A DNA stretch of 64,000 bases. Origin: a candidate division WOR-3 bacterium (lineage in GTDB: Bacteria; Hydrothermota; Tepidihabitantia; SM23-42; JAOAFX01). The stretch is taken from assembly GCA_037443805.1 (NCBI GenBank), contig JBBINQ010000005.1, positions 9,607 to 73,606 of the forward strand. The letters run 5' to 3'. This document shows, in pieces, positions 19,677-29,556 of the stretch (its first letter is position 1; each line of letters starts with the position of its first letter). The notes under the pieces were generated by a model that was given only the letters and a program-made list of their open reading frames with translations, had not been told where the DNA came from and ran no database searches. Both the position numbers and the translations under genes were made by a program.

Positions 19677-19696
19677 GAATAAGGAGTGTTTAGATT

Positions 19697-20140
19697 ATGA
19701 AGCGTCAATCATGGGATGAATATTTTATGGCGATAGCAGAACTTGTCGCAAAGAGGTCAACCTGTTTACGAAGGCAGGTTGGTGCTGTGCTTGTAAAAGA
19801 TAAAAGAATCCTTGCTACAGGATACAATGGAGCACCGAGCGGTATTGTCCATTGTGAGGAGGTTGGTTGTCTGCGTGGAAAGATGGGTATTGCCTCAGGT
19901 GAGAGGCATGAACTCTGCCGCGGTGTCCATGCAGAGCAGAATGCCATTATCCAGGCAGCAAATTTTGGTGTGAATATTGAAGGTGCGATAATCTATACTA
20001 CACACCAACCCTGTTTTATCTGCACCAAGATGTTAATCAATGCAAAGATAAAAAAAATTATATTCAAAGAGGCATATCCAGATAAATTAGCGATTCAGAT
20101 GCTCAAAGAATCGGGCATAAAATTCTCCAAACTTAAATAA
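19697..20140 (+). CDS. dCMP deaminase (ComEB/DCTD-like)
   Basis: [19 protein letters not shown], Zn motifs HAEQNAI and PCFIC; SD AAGGAG. Confidence 0.92.
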   Translation: MKRQSWDEYFMAIAELVAKRSTCLRRQVGAVLVKDKRILATGYNGAPSGIVHCEEVGCLRGKMGIASGERHELCRGVHAEQNAIIQAANFGVNIEGAIIYTTHQPCFICTKMLINAKIKKIIFKEAYPDKLAIQMLKESGIKFSKLK

Positions 20141-20156
20141 AACATAATAATATCCA

Positions 20157-20184
20157 TTGACTTTTTAAAAATTTTGGTTAAAAT
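20157..20184 (+). promoter_or_regulatory. sigma70-like promoter (TTGACT-N16-TAAAAT)
   Basis: Upstream of SD TAAGGAGG and ATG 20203. Confidence 0.65.
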
Positions 20185-20202
20185 TGCACATAAGGAGGTT
20201 TT

Positions 20203-20730
20203 ATGAAAAAATATCTTGGTCTTATTTTATTGGTTTTGCTTGCTAACTGTGTAAAGGAACCGCTGGCGTGGTATGAAGATGTGGGCGTGGTTGAAATCCA
20301 GACCGACACTACAGTCATCACATTCCATGTGCCGGATACAGATACTGGACCGGGAAATCCAGGCTGGAATCCCTGGGGCAGTGGCTCTGCATCGCAGGAC
20401 CTTTCTATTACTTTGAGGGAAAAGGCAAAGAAGGATGTAGCAATTACCACTTTGCGCTGGCAGTTTTATAATGTTGATGGTAGTCAGGTTGCCAGTCGTT
20501 CTGAGAGCTATGTTCCGCCCATTGAGATTGGTGGTGGTAAGGAATTTACTTATACAGTTTCCATAATTGTTGATGAGGGTATTGCGGATGAGCTTGATGA
20601 TGCAGATGGTGCTAATAATGATTACAATGGCCGTGGGACAATAAAATTCATTGTAGAAGGTTATGATTTGATACGGGGTGAAGACATCAATTGTATATAT
20701 TCTTATACACCGATTTCAGTAACTAAATAA
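20203..20730 (+). CDS. Hypothetical lipoprotein
   Basis: Lipobox LLANC, strong SD, own promoter and terminator; beta-rich mature part. Confidence 0.75.
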   Translation: MKKYLGLILLVLLANCVKEPLAWYEDVGVVEIQTDTTVITFHVPDTDTGPGNPGWNPWGSGSASQDLSITLREKAKKDVAITTLRWQFYNVDGSQVASRSESYVPPIEIGGGKEFTYTVSIIVDEGIADELDDADGANNDYNGRGTIKFIVEGYDLIRGEDINCIYSYTPISVTK

Positions 20731-20747
20731 ATAATGTTTGATGTAGT

Positions 20748-20781
20748 AAAAAGGGGGCATCTTATAAACTGCCCCCTTTTT
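20748..20781. terminator. Bidirectional intrinsic terminator
   Basis: AAAAAGGGGGCA-N10-TGCCCCCTTTTT. Confidence 0.85.
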
Positions 20782-20788
20782 GTTAAAG

Positions 20789-21463
20789 ATGGCATTTAGG
20801 GCAATTATCTTTGATTTAGATGGCACGCTCCTTGATACAATCAAGGATATTGCGGATTCAATGAATTTCGTGCTCAAGACCTTAGGCTTTCCTATTTATA
20901 AGACTGAAGAATACTATTATTTTGTTGGTGAAGGTATGGAGACTTTATGTAGAAAGGTATTGCCACCTGTCCATAATACACCAGATATGGTCGCCCACTG
21001 TGTTGCGGCGATGAAAACAGAATATCAGAGACGCTGGCAAAATAATACAAGACCATATCCTGGTATTTTAGAATTATTAAACGAATTGGAAAAAAGAGAT
21101 ATAAAAATGGCAGTACTCTCTAATAAGCCTGACCCGCTTACAAAATTATTTATTCAAAAATTATTGGCCGGAATAAATTTTTCCCTTGTGCTCGGTGAAT
21201 CGCCTGATTTTCCTAAGAAACCCGCTCCAGACAGCGCATTATACATTTCAAAGTATCTAAATATTTCACCTTCAGAGTTTATTTATCTTGGCGACTCTAA
21301 TATTGATATGAAGACTGCAAATTCAGCAGGGATGTTCGCAGTGGGCGCCCTGTGGGGATTTAGAACTGCTGAAGAACTTATTTGTTCCGGTGCAAAAAAA
21401 TTGATTAAAGAACCGCAAGAATTATTAAAGATAATAGATAAAAATATTATCAGAAGATTTTAG
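20789..21463 (+). CDS. HAD-IA family hydrolase (phosphoglycolate phosphatase-like)
   Basis: Motif I FDLDGTLLDT, motif II VLSNK, KKPAPD, motif IV YLGDSNIDM. Confidence 0.9.
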   Translation: MAFRAIIFDLDGTLLDTIKDIADSMNFVLKTLGFPIYKTEEYYYFVGEGMETLCRKVLPPVHNTPDMVAHCVAAMKTEYQRRWQNNTRPYPGILELLNELEKRDIKMAVLSNKPDPLTKLFIQKLLAGINFSLVLGESPDFPKKPAPDSALYISKYLNISPSEFIYLGDSNIDMKTANSAGMFAVGALWGFRTAEELICSGAKKLIKEPQELLKIIDKNIIRRF

Positions 21464-21469
21464 CAATCG

Positions 21470-23548
21470 CTATTGTATTGTGCTGACCACCCCATTGTAT
21501 TGAGCCAGTAAATCACGGCTGTGCGTATCAGAAGTGAAGTAAAGAACCTGATTACCCGCATCAATAAACTTTTTTAATAGTTCAGCAAGTTTGCACCGCC
21601 GCTGCCAGTCCGCAAAGATAAAGGCATCATCAAGAACCAAAAATGTTCCTTCAGGAAAGAGTTTTTTTAATGCAGAGAGTCTGAAGCAGAACAATAACTG
21701 GTCCTTGGCACCACTGGACAATAGTTCTATTGGATATGCATCTCCATTGGTATCAACAGCAATAAAGTTCCGATTTTCAACTTTAACTATTTTATATTTT
21801 TCAGTGACAAAATAAAAATACTCACTAAGGCTATCCTGTCCATAAACAAGGTCACTGATAAAATTATCCAGTTCATTACTCATCTGATTTAAAATCTCTT
21901 CTGCCCTCTGGACTGCCTGGAGTTCAAGATGATAATTTTTCAGGTGATTTTCAATCTCAAAGATTTCAGAGAGAATATTTTTTTCATCAATGATACCGTA
22001 TCTACTTTTCTGAACTTCTTCAAAAATTTTAATTTCCCGCAATAATTCTTCAGTCTGCTTCTTTAAATTTTCAATCTGTTCTGCGACCTTTGTCTCTCTG
22101 CTAATATCACATTCCTTTGAAGGTGGTGATACTTCTCTTTCGCTAATGAGTCTTTTCCAGGTTGAATCGTCAGTCTCATTCAAATATTTAGCAATTTCAA
22201 CGCCGAGGCCTTTGATTTCGTTCTGTATTCTATTTTTATCTTCAATCTTCGCCTTTAACTGAACCAATGTGCCACAATTTGTCCTGCTCCTTAAATCTTC
22301 AATTGCCTTCTCAATTTTATCAATTGAATCAACCGTGCTCAAAAATTTCAATCTATCGCTCTTTGTAGAAATTAAGGTTCCCATTCTTATTTTATCATCT
22401 TCCAGCATCTTAATCTTTTTCTCAAGTTCTTCAATCGTTTGGACTTCAGGTATAAATAATTTTGTATCATTTAATACCTGCTCCAATCTTAACTTTTTGA
22501 TTTTTATTTTTGATTTTTTGATGGCAACAGCAGTGAAGCTCATAACACTAACTAAAAAAATCACAAGAGGGATCAGTATAGAAAGATTAAAACGAAAACT
22601 TAAAATGAGAAATATAAAGCCGATAAGAAAGAATAAAATAGGATAAAAGAAATTTGGTTCTTTTTCTATGGCTGAACTCTGAGAGATTCTATTTCTTATA
22701 TTATATTTATCAAGCAGTTCAAGTTTTTTTAATACTTCAGCAAAATCTTTATTCAGGTTATTGATTTCCTGCTCTATTTCATATTTTTCATCTGATTGAT
22801 TTTTTAAGGTTTCTTTTTTAATTTCTAATTCCTGCCACTGTTTAAAGTCTTCTTCAGTGTATCTCTGGTAGAGTTCAAATCGATTTTTTTTGTCAATGTA
22901 TTCGTTGTATAATTTTCGTAGATTTTGATACAACTTATATTTTTTCCAGGTTTCAATAAGGTTCAATTCATTGGTCAATGCTGTGTATTCTTCGGTTATT
23001 TTCTTCAATTCTTTTTTCTTGTTTTCTATCTGACCGATCTCCTGAATATAATTGCGCAACTGCTCAAGACGATTCTTTTGACTCTCAATCAATTTTTTCT
23101 TATCTGATTTCCAGTCATTCAATTTTGGCTGGTAACCAATTCCTTCTCTTAATTTTTTAATCAGGGTTGCGAATGGAATCTGTTTTCCGGTCTGGCTGAG
23201 CATCAATTTCAAACTATCCCAGAATTTCATCTGTTCATCACCTTTTTTGTATAATTCAGACTCTGAGGCAGGAATATAGAGCAATGGAGCGACTTCTGTC
23301 CTTGTGAGTATAGAAACTGGTTTTGTTGCAGGTAGTGTAACTATTTTTTTGCCAGTATCCAGTTCAATACTTATATGTTCGGGTTTGCCATACCTTGTTT
23401 TTGTCTTAAATAAGACCGAGGTCAATGCCTCTACAAGCGTGGTCTTACCCGATTCATTTAATCCAAATATTACATTAAAATTTCCTGGTTCAAGAATGAA
23501 TTCTTTTATTGGTCCGTAATCTTCTAATTTAAATTTCTTTATTTTCAT
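21470..23548 (-). CDS. YhaN/SbcC-like SMC-family ATPase with a central transmembrane hairpin
   Basis: Walker A GLNESGKTT, signature LLSSGAKDQL, Walker B LVLDDAF, H-loop YFTSD; coiled-coil arms; two hydrophobic helices in the middle; no CxxC hook. Confidence 0.85.
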   Translation of the reverse strand: MKIKKFKLEDYGPIKEFILEPGNFNVIFGLNESGKTTLVEALTSVLFKTKTRYGKPEHISIELDTGKKIVTLPATKPVSILTRTEVAPLLYIPASESELYKKGDEQMKFWDSLKLMLSQTGKQIPFATLIKKLREGIGYQPKLNDWKSDKKKLIESQKNRLEQLRNYIQEIGQIENKKKELKKITEEYTALTNELNLIETWKKYKLYQNLRKLYNEYIDKKNRFELYQRYTEEDFKQWQELEIKKETLKNQSDEKYEIEQEINNLNKDFAEVLKKLELLDKYNIRNRISQSSAIEKEPNFFYPILFFLIGFIFLILSFRFNLSILIPLVIFLVSVMSFTAVAIKKSKIKIKKLRLEQVLNDTKLFIPEVQTIEELEKKIKMLEDDKIRMGTLISTKSDRLKFLSTVDSIDKIEKAIEDLRSRTNCGTLVQLKAKIEDKNRIQNEIKGLGVEIAKYLNETDDSTWKRLISEREVSPPSKECDISRETKVAEQIENLKKQTEELLREIKIFEEVQKSRYGIIDEKNILSEIFEIENHLKNYHLELQAVQRAEEILNQMSNELDNFISDLVYGQDSLSEYFYFVTEKYKIVKVENRNFIAVDTNGDAYPIELLSSGAKDQLLFCFRLSALKKLFPEGTFLVLDDAFIFADWQRRCKLAELLKKFIDAGNQVLYFTSDTHSRDLLAQYNGVVSTIQ

Positions 23549-24588
23549 TTGATAATATCTTCAATATAAGGAAATGTCAATTCTAAAATTTTCATCCTCA
23601 ATTCATCCTCAAGCCCAGAGGTTTTTTGTACAAATTTATTGACAAAAGGAATCTTTAAAAATTGGTCCCAGGAAGAGATTTTATCGCAGTTCAGCAAGGG
23701 CGGATTTTTGAATTTGTCTTTAAATTCTTCTATTGCCTGCTGGACCCCTGTCTTAAATTCATTTTCATTTTCCGCAATATAGCCATTTATGTTGATTCCA
23801 AGCAGTATATTTTTGTCAGATAATTTTTTAATATCCTGTATGAGCCTGTTGATGATTGTTTGTTCATTTCCCGGAAATACAAAGTAATCCAATTCCTGCC
23901 AGTACGGTGCAATCTCAATATTGAGTGGAGTTATTTCAATCTCTTTGTCATTGATATTGACCAACGCAACCTTTCTTGGTTCACGGCACTTCATACTGAG
24001 TCCGATGGGTGCACCAGGGTATATGACCTTTGCTTTTTTATAATCCAATTCAATATATTTGGAATGGATATGTCCTAATAGGGCACACCGACACAGTTTT
24101 TCTATTTCTGCGGGATAGATGGGCATATATTCAACATCTTCCTGATTCAATATGGGTAGTATTGAAAGGTCATATATTGTGCCATGGGCAATTAATACAT
24201 CAATATCTTCGGTTAAATCTGCAATGCATTCAGAAAATTTCTTTGATTGAAAAGGAAGGGTAAGAAATTTGATGTTGTTAATACTAAATTGTTCAAATGG
24301 TTTTTTAAATAATTGTTTTACATTTTTACCATAGTCATAATTTGAGCCATAAGACTCACTGTCATGATTACCAGGGATTATCAGGATCCCAGCCTGTGTC
24401 TTTTCAAATATCTTCTTCACTTCGGGTCTTAATTGTGTAGCATCTGTATCTGAATCAAAAAGGTCACCAGCAATAACAATATAATCAGTTTTATGTTCAT
24501 TGGCTTTATCCACAATCCAATCAAGGACTTTGATGCGGAATGGGTCTTTGCTGCTTAAATGTAAATCAGCAGTATGCAGTATCAGCAT
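23545..24588 (-). CDS. YhaO/SbcD/Mre11-like metallophosphoesterase nuclease
   Basis: HTADLHL, AGDLFD, PGNHD, AHG and LGHIH motifs; overlaps the ATPase start. Confidence 0.9.
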   Translation of the reverse strand: MLILHTADLHLSSKDPFRIKVLDWIVDKANEHKTDYIVIAGDLFDSDTDATQLRPEVKKIFEKTQAGILIIPGNHDSESYGSNYDYGKNVKQLFKKPFEQFSINNIKFLTLPFQSKKFSECIADLTEDIDVLIAHGTIYDLSILPILNQEDVEYMPIYPAEIEKLCRCALLGHIHSKYIELDYKKAKVIYPGAPIGLSMKCREPRKVALVNINDKEIEITPLNIEIAPYWQELDYFVFPGNEQTIINRLIQDIKKLSDKNILLGININGYIAENENEFKTGVQQAIEEFKDKFKNPPLLNCDKISSWDQFLKIPFVNKFVQKTSGLEDELRMKILELTFPYIEDIIK

Positions 24589-24983
24589 GGATACCTTTTT
24601 TCAAAATAATCATTAAGAATTTTTTTATGGTCAAAGGCAATATCTTCAGGAAGGTTGTTTTTATTATAAATGCCAATCTCTATTGCATCATCTTTTGCTC
24701 TGGGTCTTCCTTTCGCCCTGGCAATGAATACTACAGTGATGGTATGGAATCTGGGGTCGCGCTCAGGGTCTGAATAGACATGGAATTGTTTAAGTTGTGT
24801 GATATCAAGATTGGTTTCTTCTTTAGCCTCCCGAACTGCTGCAGATTCAGCAGATTCGCCATAGTCAATAAAACCACCGGGTAATGCCCAGCCATAAGGC
24901 GGATTCTTTCTTTTAATCAGAATGATACCGCCATCTATTTCAATAATGATATCTACGGTTGGTACTGGATTGGATGTGGACAT
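24582..24983 (-). CDS. NUDIX hydrolase
   Basis: Nudix box [24 protein letters not shown]; YSDPERDPR. Confidence 0.93.
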   Translation of the reverse strand: MSTSNPVPTVDIIIEIDGGIILIKRKNPPYGWALPGGFIDYGESAESAAVREAKEETNLDITQLKQFHVYSDPERDPRFHTITVVFIARAKGRPRAKDDAIEIGIYNKNNLPEDIAFDHKKILNDYFEKRYPC

Positions 24984-24988
24984 AAAAA

Positions 24989-25016
24989 ATTATACCTAAA
25001 TTTTGTGTTAAATCAA
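24989..25016 (-). promoter_or_regulatory. Promoter for nudix-nuclease-ATPase operon (TTGATT-N16-TATAAT), probably leaderless
   Basis: Perfect -10 on the reverse strand, 5 nt before ATG 24983. Confidence 0.65.
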
Positions 25017-25032
25017 TGGTCAGCACTATATC

Positions 25033-25060
25033 TTGACAACGGGTAAAAATTGGATATTAT
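25033..25060 (+). promoter_or_regulatory. tRNA operon promoter (TTGACA-N16-TATTAT)
   Basis: 80 nt upstream of tRNA-Thr; back-to-back with the nudix promoter. Confidence 0.65.
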
Positions 25061-25140
25061 AAAATGGATAATGTTTTGAAAAATAAGTTTTTTTGCCGGT
25101 CTATTTTAGTGGTTGAGCAGTGCCGGACAATGGTGCGGAT

Positions 25141-25212
25141 GCCGACATAGCTCAGGGGTAGAGCAATGGTTTTGTAAACCATAGGTCGGGGGTTCAAATC
25201 CCTCTGTCGGCT
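25141..25212 (+). tRNA. tRNA-Thr(TGT)
   Basis: Acceptor GCCGACA/TGTCGGC, anticodon arm ATGGT-TTTGTAA-ACCAT, T-loop TTCAAAT; CCA not encoded. Confidence 0.96.
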
Positions 25213-25275
25213 ATATATTGTGCCGGATAGACCACAAATTGCCAGTTCTGAGCTTGCCGCCGGCTGAGTTTCTCC

Positions 25276-25358
25276 GGGCAGGTACCCAAGCGGCCAACGG
25301 GGGCAGACTGTAAATCTGCTGACGAAAGTCTTCGGAGGTTCGAATCCTTCCCTGCCCA
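25276..25358 (+). tRNA. tRNA-Tyr(GTA)
   Basis: Acceptor GGGCAGG/CCTGCCC, anticodon arm GCAGA-CTGTAAA-TCTGC, long variable arm, TTCGAAT; CCA not encoded. Confidence 0.96.
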
Positions 25359-25373
25359 TTTATTTTTTTAACA

Positions 25374-25401
25374 TTGACAAACCATTCTTTTTGACTAATA
25401 T
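25374..25401 (+). promoter_or_regulatory. sigma70-like promoter (TTGACA-N16-TAATAT)
   Basis: Between tRNA-Tyr and the next CDS. Confidence 0.5.
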
Positions 25402-25411
25402 TATATCGCAC

Positions 25412-27073
25412 ATGAGAATAATAATCGCGTCAATATCCAAAAAATTTGTGAAAATTATCTTGTTATTTATTGTAATTATCTCTATGGATTGCACTCTATT
25501 TAAAACAAGGTTTATGAATGTTGATAAGCGCTCAGCTGAGCTCTTTGAACAGGGAAACAATCATTTTAAGAAAAAAGAGTATGAGCAGGCAATTATTGAG
25601 TTTGAAAAGATTGTGCGCGATTATCCGAAAACTGAGGCGTATGAACCAGCATTATATCTCTTAACATTCAGTTATTTTAGACTGAATAGTTTTGAGCGGA
25701 CAGTGTTCTATGGAGAGAAATTTTTAAAAGAATTTCCTTATTCAAATTATCTTGTAAAAGTTTTAGGCATGCTTGGTGAAGCAAATTTGAAATTGGTAAA
25801 TGATTATAAGGCAGCATACTATTTGATAAAATTTTCTAAACAATCAACAGATATACTGGAAAATGAGTCCGCGTATAAAAAAACAATGCAATTATTATCT
25901 GAAATGTCCCTGGACAATCTTGAAAAACTCCATCGTAATTTTTTGGGCGAACCAATTGATGAACATATCCTCTATTATTTAATAAAGGCAGAGATCAAGG
26001 CAGGACAGGAAAAGGATGCAGAGAGGGATTATAAACTTCTGACCCGTAGATATCCTGAGACCATCTATGCAGAGGAGTTTACTGATTTCAAAAGATTCAC
26101 TGAACTTGGTTCAGCAACACGCCGGGCAGGTGTTCTATTACCACTTACTGGAAAATTTGCCCGCTATGGTGAAAAATTGCAGGAGATTTTGAAATTTTTT
26201 AATCAACAGCAATATCTCCCATTCTTTACTGCAGTGGTTGATACAAAATCTGACCCGGTGGATGCAATCTTTGCAGCAAAGGATTTAATTGATGAGAAAA
26301 AGGTTGATTTTATTATTGGACCAATATTTTCTATTGAGGCACTGGGTGTTGCTGGATATGCGAGTGCCCGCAGTATTCCGCTCGTTATCCCTACCAATAT
26401 TGAATTAAAATTGAATAGTCTGTCTTTAATCTTCACACCGGGCCAGACCCTGGAACAACAGGCAAGGGCAATTGCACGATATAGCACAAAACAACTCGGT
26501 CTTGCAAGATTTGCAGTATTGTTTCCTGAAATTGGTCGCTACAGCACACTCGCCGGTATCTTTATGGAAGAGGTCAAGAAAAATGACGGTGAGGTTGTGG
26601 CAGTGGAATCATTCAATCCTGATTCTGTGACCTTAAAATACGAACTGGAACGGATAAAAAAGAAGAAGCCAGAGGCAATTTTTCTTTCAATGGATGGTGA
26701 TATGATTATTAATACTGCTCCACAGATTTTTTATTATGGGCTTGAGGATGTAAAGATTTTAGGGACTGAGGCGTTTGATAGCGAAAGGATTATTAGATTA
26801 GGAGAAAAATATGTAGAATCAGCAATATTCGCAACCCCTGCTTTTGTAGACTCTTCAGCAATCAAGGAATTGAAGAAACATAATCTTGATACGAGCGACC
26901 CTCTCTCAATAAAATTTTTTCAGACCCTCTGGGCATTGAAGCAATTATCTGATTACGAACGGGTAAATTTAGGAACTAAATTGGGTGAAGTTTTGATGAG
27001 AGAAAGAAATTTTAATATCTTGACAATAAGGAATGGAGAATTTGTGAAATTGGCTGAATTAAAAGTGGAATAA
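25412..27073 (+). CDS. BamD-like TPR + periplasmic-binding-protein type 1 domain (LpoA-like PBP activator)
   Basis: Probable lipoprotein Cys (ISMDC), N-terminal TPRs (YEQAIIEFEKIVRDYP), then RAGVLLPLTGKFARYG, FIIGPIFS, FAVLFP. Start uncertain. Confidence 0.72.
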   Translation: MRIIIASISKKFVKIILLFIVIISMDCTLFKTRFMNVDKRSAELFEQGNNHFKKKEYEQAIIEFEKIVRDYPKTEAYEPALYLLTFSYFRLNSFERTVFYGEKFLKEFPYSNYLVKVLGMLGEANLKLVNDYKAAYYLIKFSKQSTDILENESAYKKTMQLLSEMSLDNLEKLHRNFLGEPIDEHILYYLIKAEIKAGQEKDAERDYKLLTRRYPETIYAEEFTDFKRFTELGSATRRAGVLLPLTGKFARYGEKLQEILKFFNQQQYLPFFTAVVDTKSDPVDAIFAAKDLIDEKKVDFIIGPIFSIEALGVAGYASARSIPLVIPTNIELKLNSLSLIFTPGQTLEQQARAIARYSTKQLGLARFAVLFPEIGRYSTLAGIFMEEVKKNDGEVVAVESFNPDSVTLKYELERIKKKKPEAIFLSMDGDMIINTAPQIFYYGLEDVKILGTEAFDSERIIRLGEKYVESAIFATPAFVDSSAIKELKKHNLDTSDPLSIKFFQTLWALKQLSDYERVNLGTKLGEVLMRERNFNILTIRNGEFVKLAELKVE

Positions 27074-27084
27074 TGGAGGTATGC

Positions 27085-27312
27085 ATGGCAAAAAAAGAGA
27101 AGAAGGAGAAAGAAAGAGAAAAGAAAGAAAAAAGACCCGAGGCACTTATTGATATTAAATTTACACAGAAAAACTATCTGTTCTTTGGTGCCGGACTTAT
27201 TTCTCTAATTATTGGATTTATCCTGTTAAGAAATGGAGATATTGTGCTGGCACCAATCTTATTAGTGCTGGGTTATCTTGTTTTCTTTCCACTGGGTATT
27301 CTTGTTAAATAA
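27085..27312 (+). CDS. Small two-TM membrane protein (DUF3098-like)
   Basis: Charged N-terminus, FTQKNYLFFGAGL...LAPILLVLGY; SD GGAGG before ATG 27085. Confidence 0.7.
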   Translation: MAKKEKKEKEREKKEKRPEALIDIKFTQKNYLFFGAGLISLIIGFILLRNGDIVLAPILLVLGYLVFFPLGILVK

Positions 27313-27378
27313 CTGATATCTGGATACCTGTTTCTTATATTTATTTGTTGATAATTAGATTGTTCTATTTTTTATCCA

Positions 27379-28395
27379 ATGATTAAATCCCTGCCCATTA
27401 AAGAAAAAGCCCGTAAACTTGGTCTTGATGTCAGAGTTTGTTCAGCAGAACCATTTTCTGAATTGGCTGAACATATTAGAAAACAAAGAGAAAAAAACTT
27501 CTTTCTTAATAATAATTCCTGGAGCGATGATGAGATAAAAGATTTTTGTAATCCATGTTCAATAATGTCAGGGGTAAAGAGTATTATAAGTTCATTTCTA
27601 TTTTATTTAACCTTAGAAGAACCGGACCCGTCCGAACCCGGCAAACCTTATGGTTATGTTGCTCAATATACACAGCGTAATTATTACAAAGAACTCAAAA
27701 AACGGCTAAAAAAACTTGCTGGTTTTTTAAAAAAAGAATATCAGGCAAAATTTGTTGCACATTCGTGTGGACCAGTAGCAGAGAAACCGATTGCCTGGCG
27801 CAGTGGAACTGGTTATTATGGAAAGCATAGTATTATTATTAATCCTGATTATGGCTCGTGGATTGTGCTCGGTGAAATCTATACAGATTTAGAGATAGAA
27901 CCTGATGAACCGCTAAAATTAAATTGTGGAGATTGTATTATTTGTATGGATAAGTGCCCAACCGGTGCAATAACTGCACCATATATCATTGACAGAAAAA
28001 GGTGCATTCAGAGTTTAACTAACTGGTGCGGTCTAATACCCGATAACATAGCACAGGTCTGGCAAAATCGTATTTATGGTTGCACAACCTGCCAGGATGT
28101 GTGTCCGATAAACAAAAAAATTAAACCCGAACATCCGAAGACCGATATCGGAGTTGTTGGTGCCTATGTCCCTCTACTTGATATACTACAGATGGATGAG
28201 GATACCTACAGAAAAAAATATTCAGACAATCAGATTAGTGCCAGATGGGTTCACTTTGATGCGATAAAAAGGAATGCCCTGCTTGCCTTAGCACATTTCC
28301 AGGATAAAAAGACAATACCAATCATTGAAAAATATGCAAAAGGGGATAATCAGCTATTAAGGGATACTGCAATGTGGACATTGGGGCGGTTTTAA
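27379..28395 (+). CDS. queG: Epoxyqueuosine reductase
   Basis: AEKPIAWRSGTGYYGKHS, GSWIVLGEI, two Fe-S motifs CGDCIICMDKCPTGA and YGCTTCQDVCP, HEAT-like tail. Confidence 0.88.
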   Translation: MIKSLPIKEKARKLGLDVRVCSAEPFSELAEHIRKQREKNFFLNNNSWSDDEIKDFCNPCSIMSGVKSIISSFLFYLTLEEPDPSEPGKPYGYVAQYTQRNYYKELKKRLKKLAGFLKKEYQAKFVAHSCGPVAEKPIAWRSGTGYYGKHSIIINPDYGSWIVLGEIYTDLEIEPDEPLKLNCGDCIICMDKCPTGAITAPYIIDRKRCIQSLTNWCGLIPDNIAQVWQNRIYGCTTCQDVCPINKKIKPEHPKTDIGVVGAYVPLLDILQMDEDTYRKKYSDNQISARWVHFDAIKRNALLALAHFQDKKTIPIIEKYAKGDNQLLRDTAMWTLGRF

Positions 28396-28396
28396 A

Positions 28397-29497
28397 ATGG
28401 CAACACTGGCTCAAAAGATTCAGACCGCATTCTTTAATCCGCAGAATATTGGGTGGATTCTTTTACACAAATTAGAAACAGTTATTGGCTACCATTTTTT
28501 GAAAATACACGCTATGCCACCAGAGACCATAAACATTTATCCAACATATCGCTGTAATTTAAAGTGCGAGATGTGCTTTGAAAAGTTTGCACGGGTAAAG
28601 AATGAACTGAATATCAATGACTGGCTCTGCATAATAGATTATATAAAAAAATTTCATCCCCGCATCCACATCTCTGGAGGTGAGCCCTTTGTTTTTAAAG
28701 AAATAATAAAAATTATTGAGTATGTCAAACATAATAATCTCTTTCTCAATATCACTACAAATGGGACACTCCTGAGTGAATATGCCGAAGCATTGGTTAG
28801 ATATAAAGTGAATCGCATTGATATTTCCATTGATGGTCCAGAAGAGATACATGATAGTATCCGCGGTGTCAAAGGAACATTTGTTAGAATTTTGAAGGGC
28901 TTAGAAAATCTGCATAGATTTAAAAAAGGGCGTGCGCCAGTCTTAAAAATAAATTCAATTATAAATTTTAATAATCCCGGGACGATGAGAGAGGTTATTG
29001 CCCTTGCCAAGGAATATGGGGTTTCAGTGGTCCAATTTATCTATCCTTTTTATCTTACAGAAAATGAAGTTGCCCATCATAAAAGATTTCTAAATAATAG
29101 TTTAAAAAGAGATATTAATTACTGGTGTCAGGCGAGCCATTTTAAACCGCAACCCGGGGATTTTTATGACATTAAAAAAATATTGGATGAACTATCCCGA
29201 CATAAGATAATAATTGAAATATTTCCTAAATTTACTTTTGAACAGTTCAAATTGTATTACCATAGCCCTGAAGATTTCATCCAGGTTTACAAAGGTAAAT
29301 GCCGGGCAATGTGGCACACGGCGACGATCCTTCCTGATGGTTGTCTTGAGTCATGCCCGGACTATATTTTGGGCAATGTCAAAAAAGACAATTTTTTTGA
29401 TATCTGGAATAACCAGGCAATGGCCGGGCTCCGCAAATTGATTAAGGCAAAAAAATTCTTTTCAGTATGCCGTGCCTGCTGTTTCTACTATCAATAA
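28397..29497 (+). CDS. Radical SAM/SPASM-domain protein
   Basis: CNLKCEMC, ISGGEP, TTNGTLL, SIDG; C-terminal CRAMW...CPD...CRACC. Confidence 0.88.
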   Translation: MATLAQKIQTAFFNPQNIGWILLHKLETVIGYHFLKIHAMPPETINIYPTYRCNLKCEMCFEKFARVKNELNINDWLCIIDYIKKFHPRIHISGGEPFVFKEIIKIIEYVKHNNLFLNITTNGTLLSEYAEALVRYKVNRIDISIDGPEEIHDSIRGVKGTFVRILKGLENLHRFKKGRAPVLKINSIINFNNPGTMREVIALAKEYGVSVVQFIYPFYLTENEVAHHKRFLNNSLKRDINYWCQASHFKPQPGDFYDIKKILDELSRHKIIIEIFPKFTFEQFKLYYHSPEDFIQVYKGKCRAMWHTATILPDGCLESCPDYILGNVKKDNFFDIWNNQAMAGLRKLIKAKKFFSVCRACCFYYQ

Positions 29498-29523
29498 GAA
29501 TCCCGCCGTTTCTAAATGTCCTG

Positions 29524-29551
29524 TTGACAAAAGATGCAATTTTGGTATAAT
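29524..29551 (+). promoter_or_regulatory. guaB promoter (TTGACA-N16-TATAAT, extended -10 TG), probably leaderless
   Basis: Both hexamers perfect; ATG 5 nt after the -10; no SD. Confidence 0.8.
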
Positions 29552-29556
29552 ATTTA

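Noticed and set aside
25094-25234. Complementary segments GGTCTA/TAGACC flanking tRNA-Thr as a separate ncRNA
   Set aside because: Too short; more simply a precursor-tRNA processing stem or coincidence.
25141-25358. tRNA pair as an integration site for a genomic island
   Set aside because: No integrase and no duplicated tRNA 3' end seen in the window.
25057-25411. Minus-strand ORFs 25057-25359 and 25211-25411
   Set aside because: They are antisense readings of tRNA-Thr and tRNA-Tyr.
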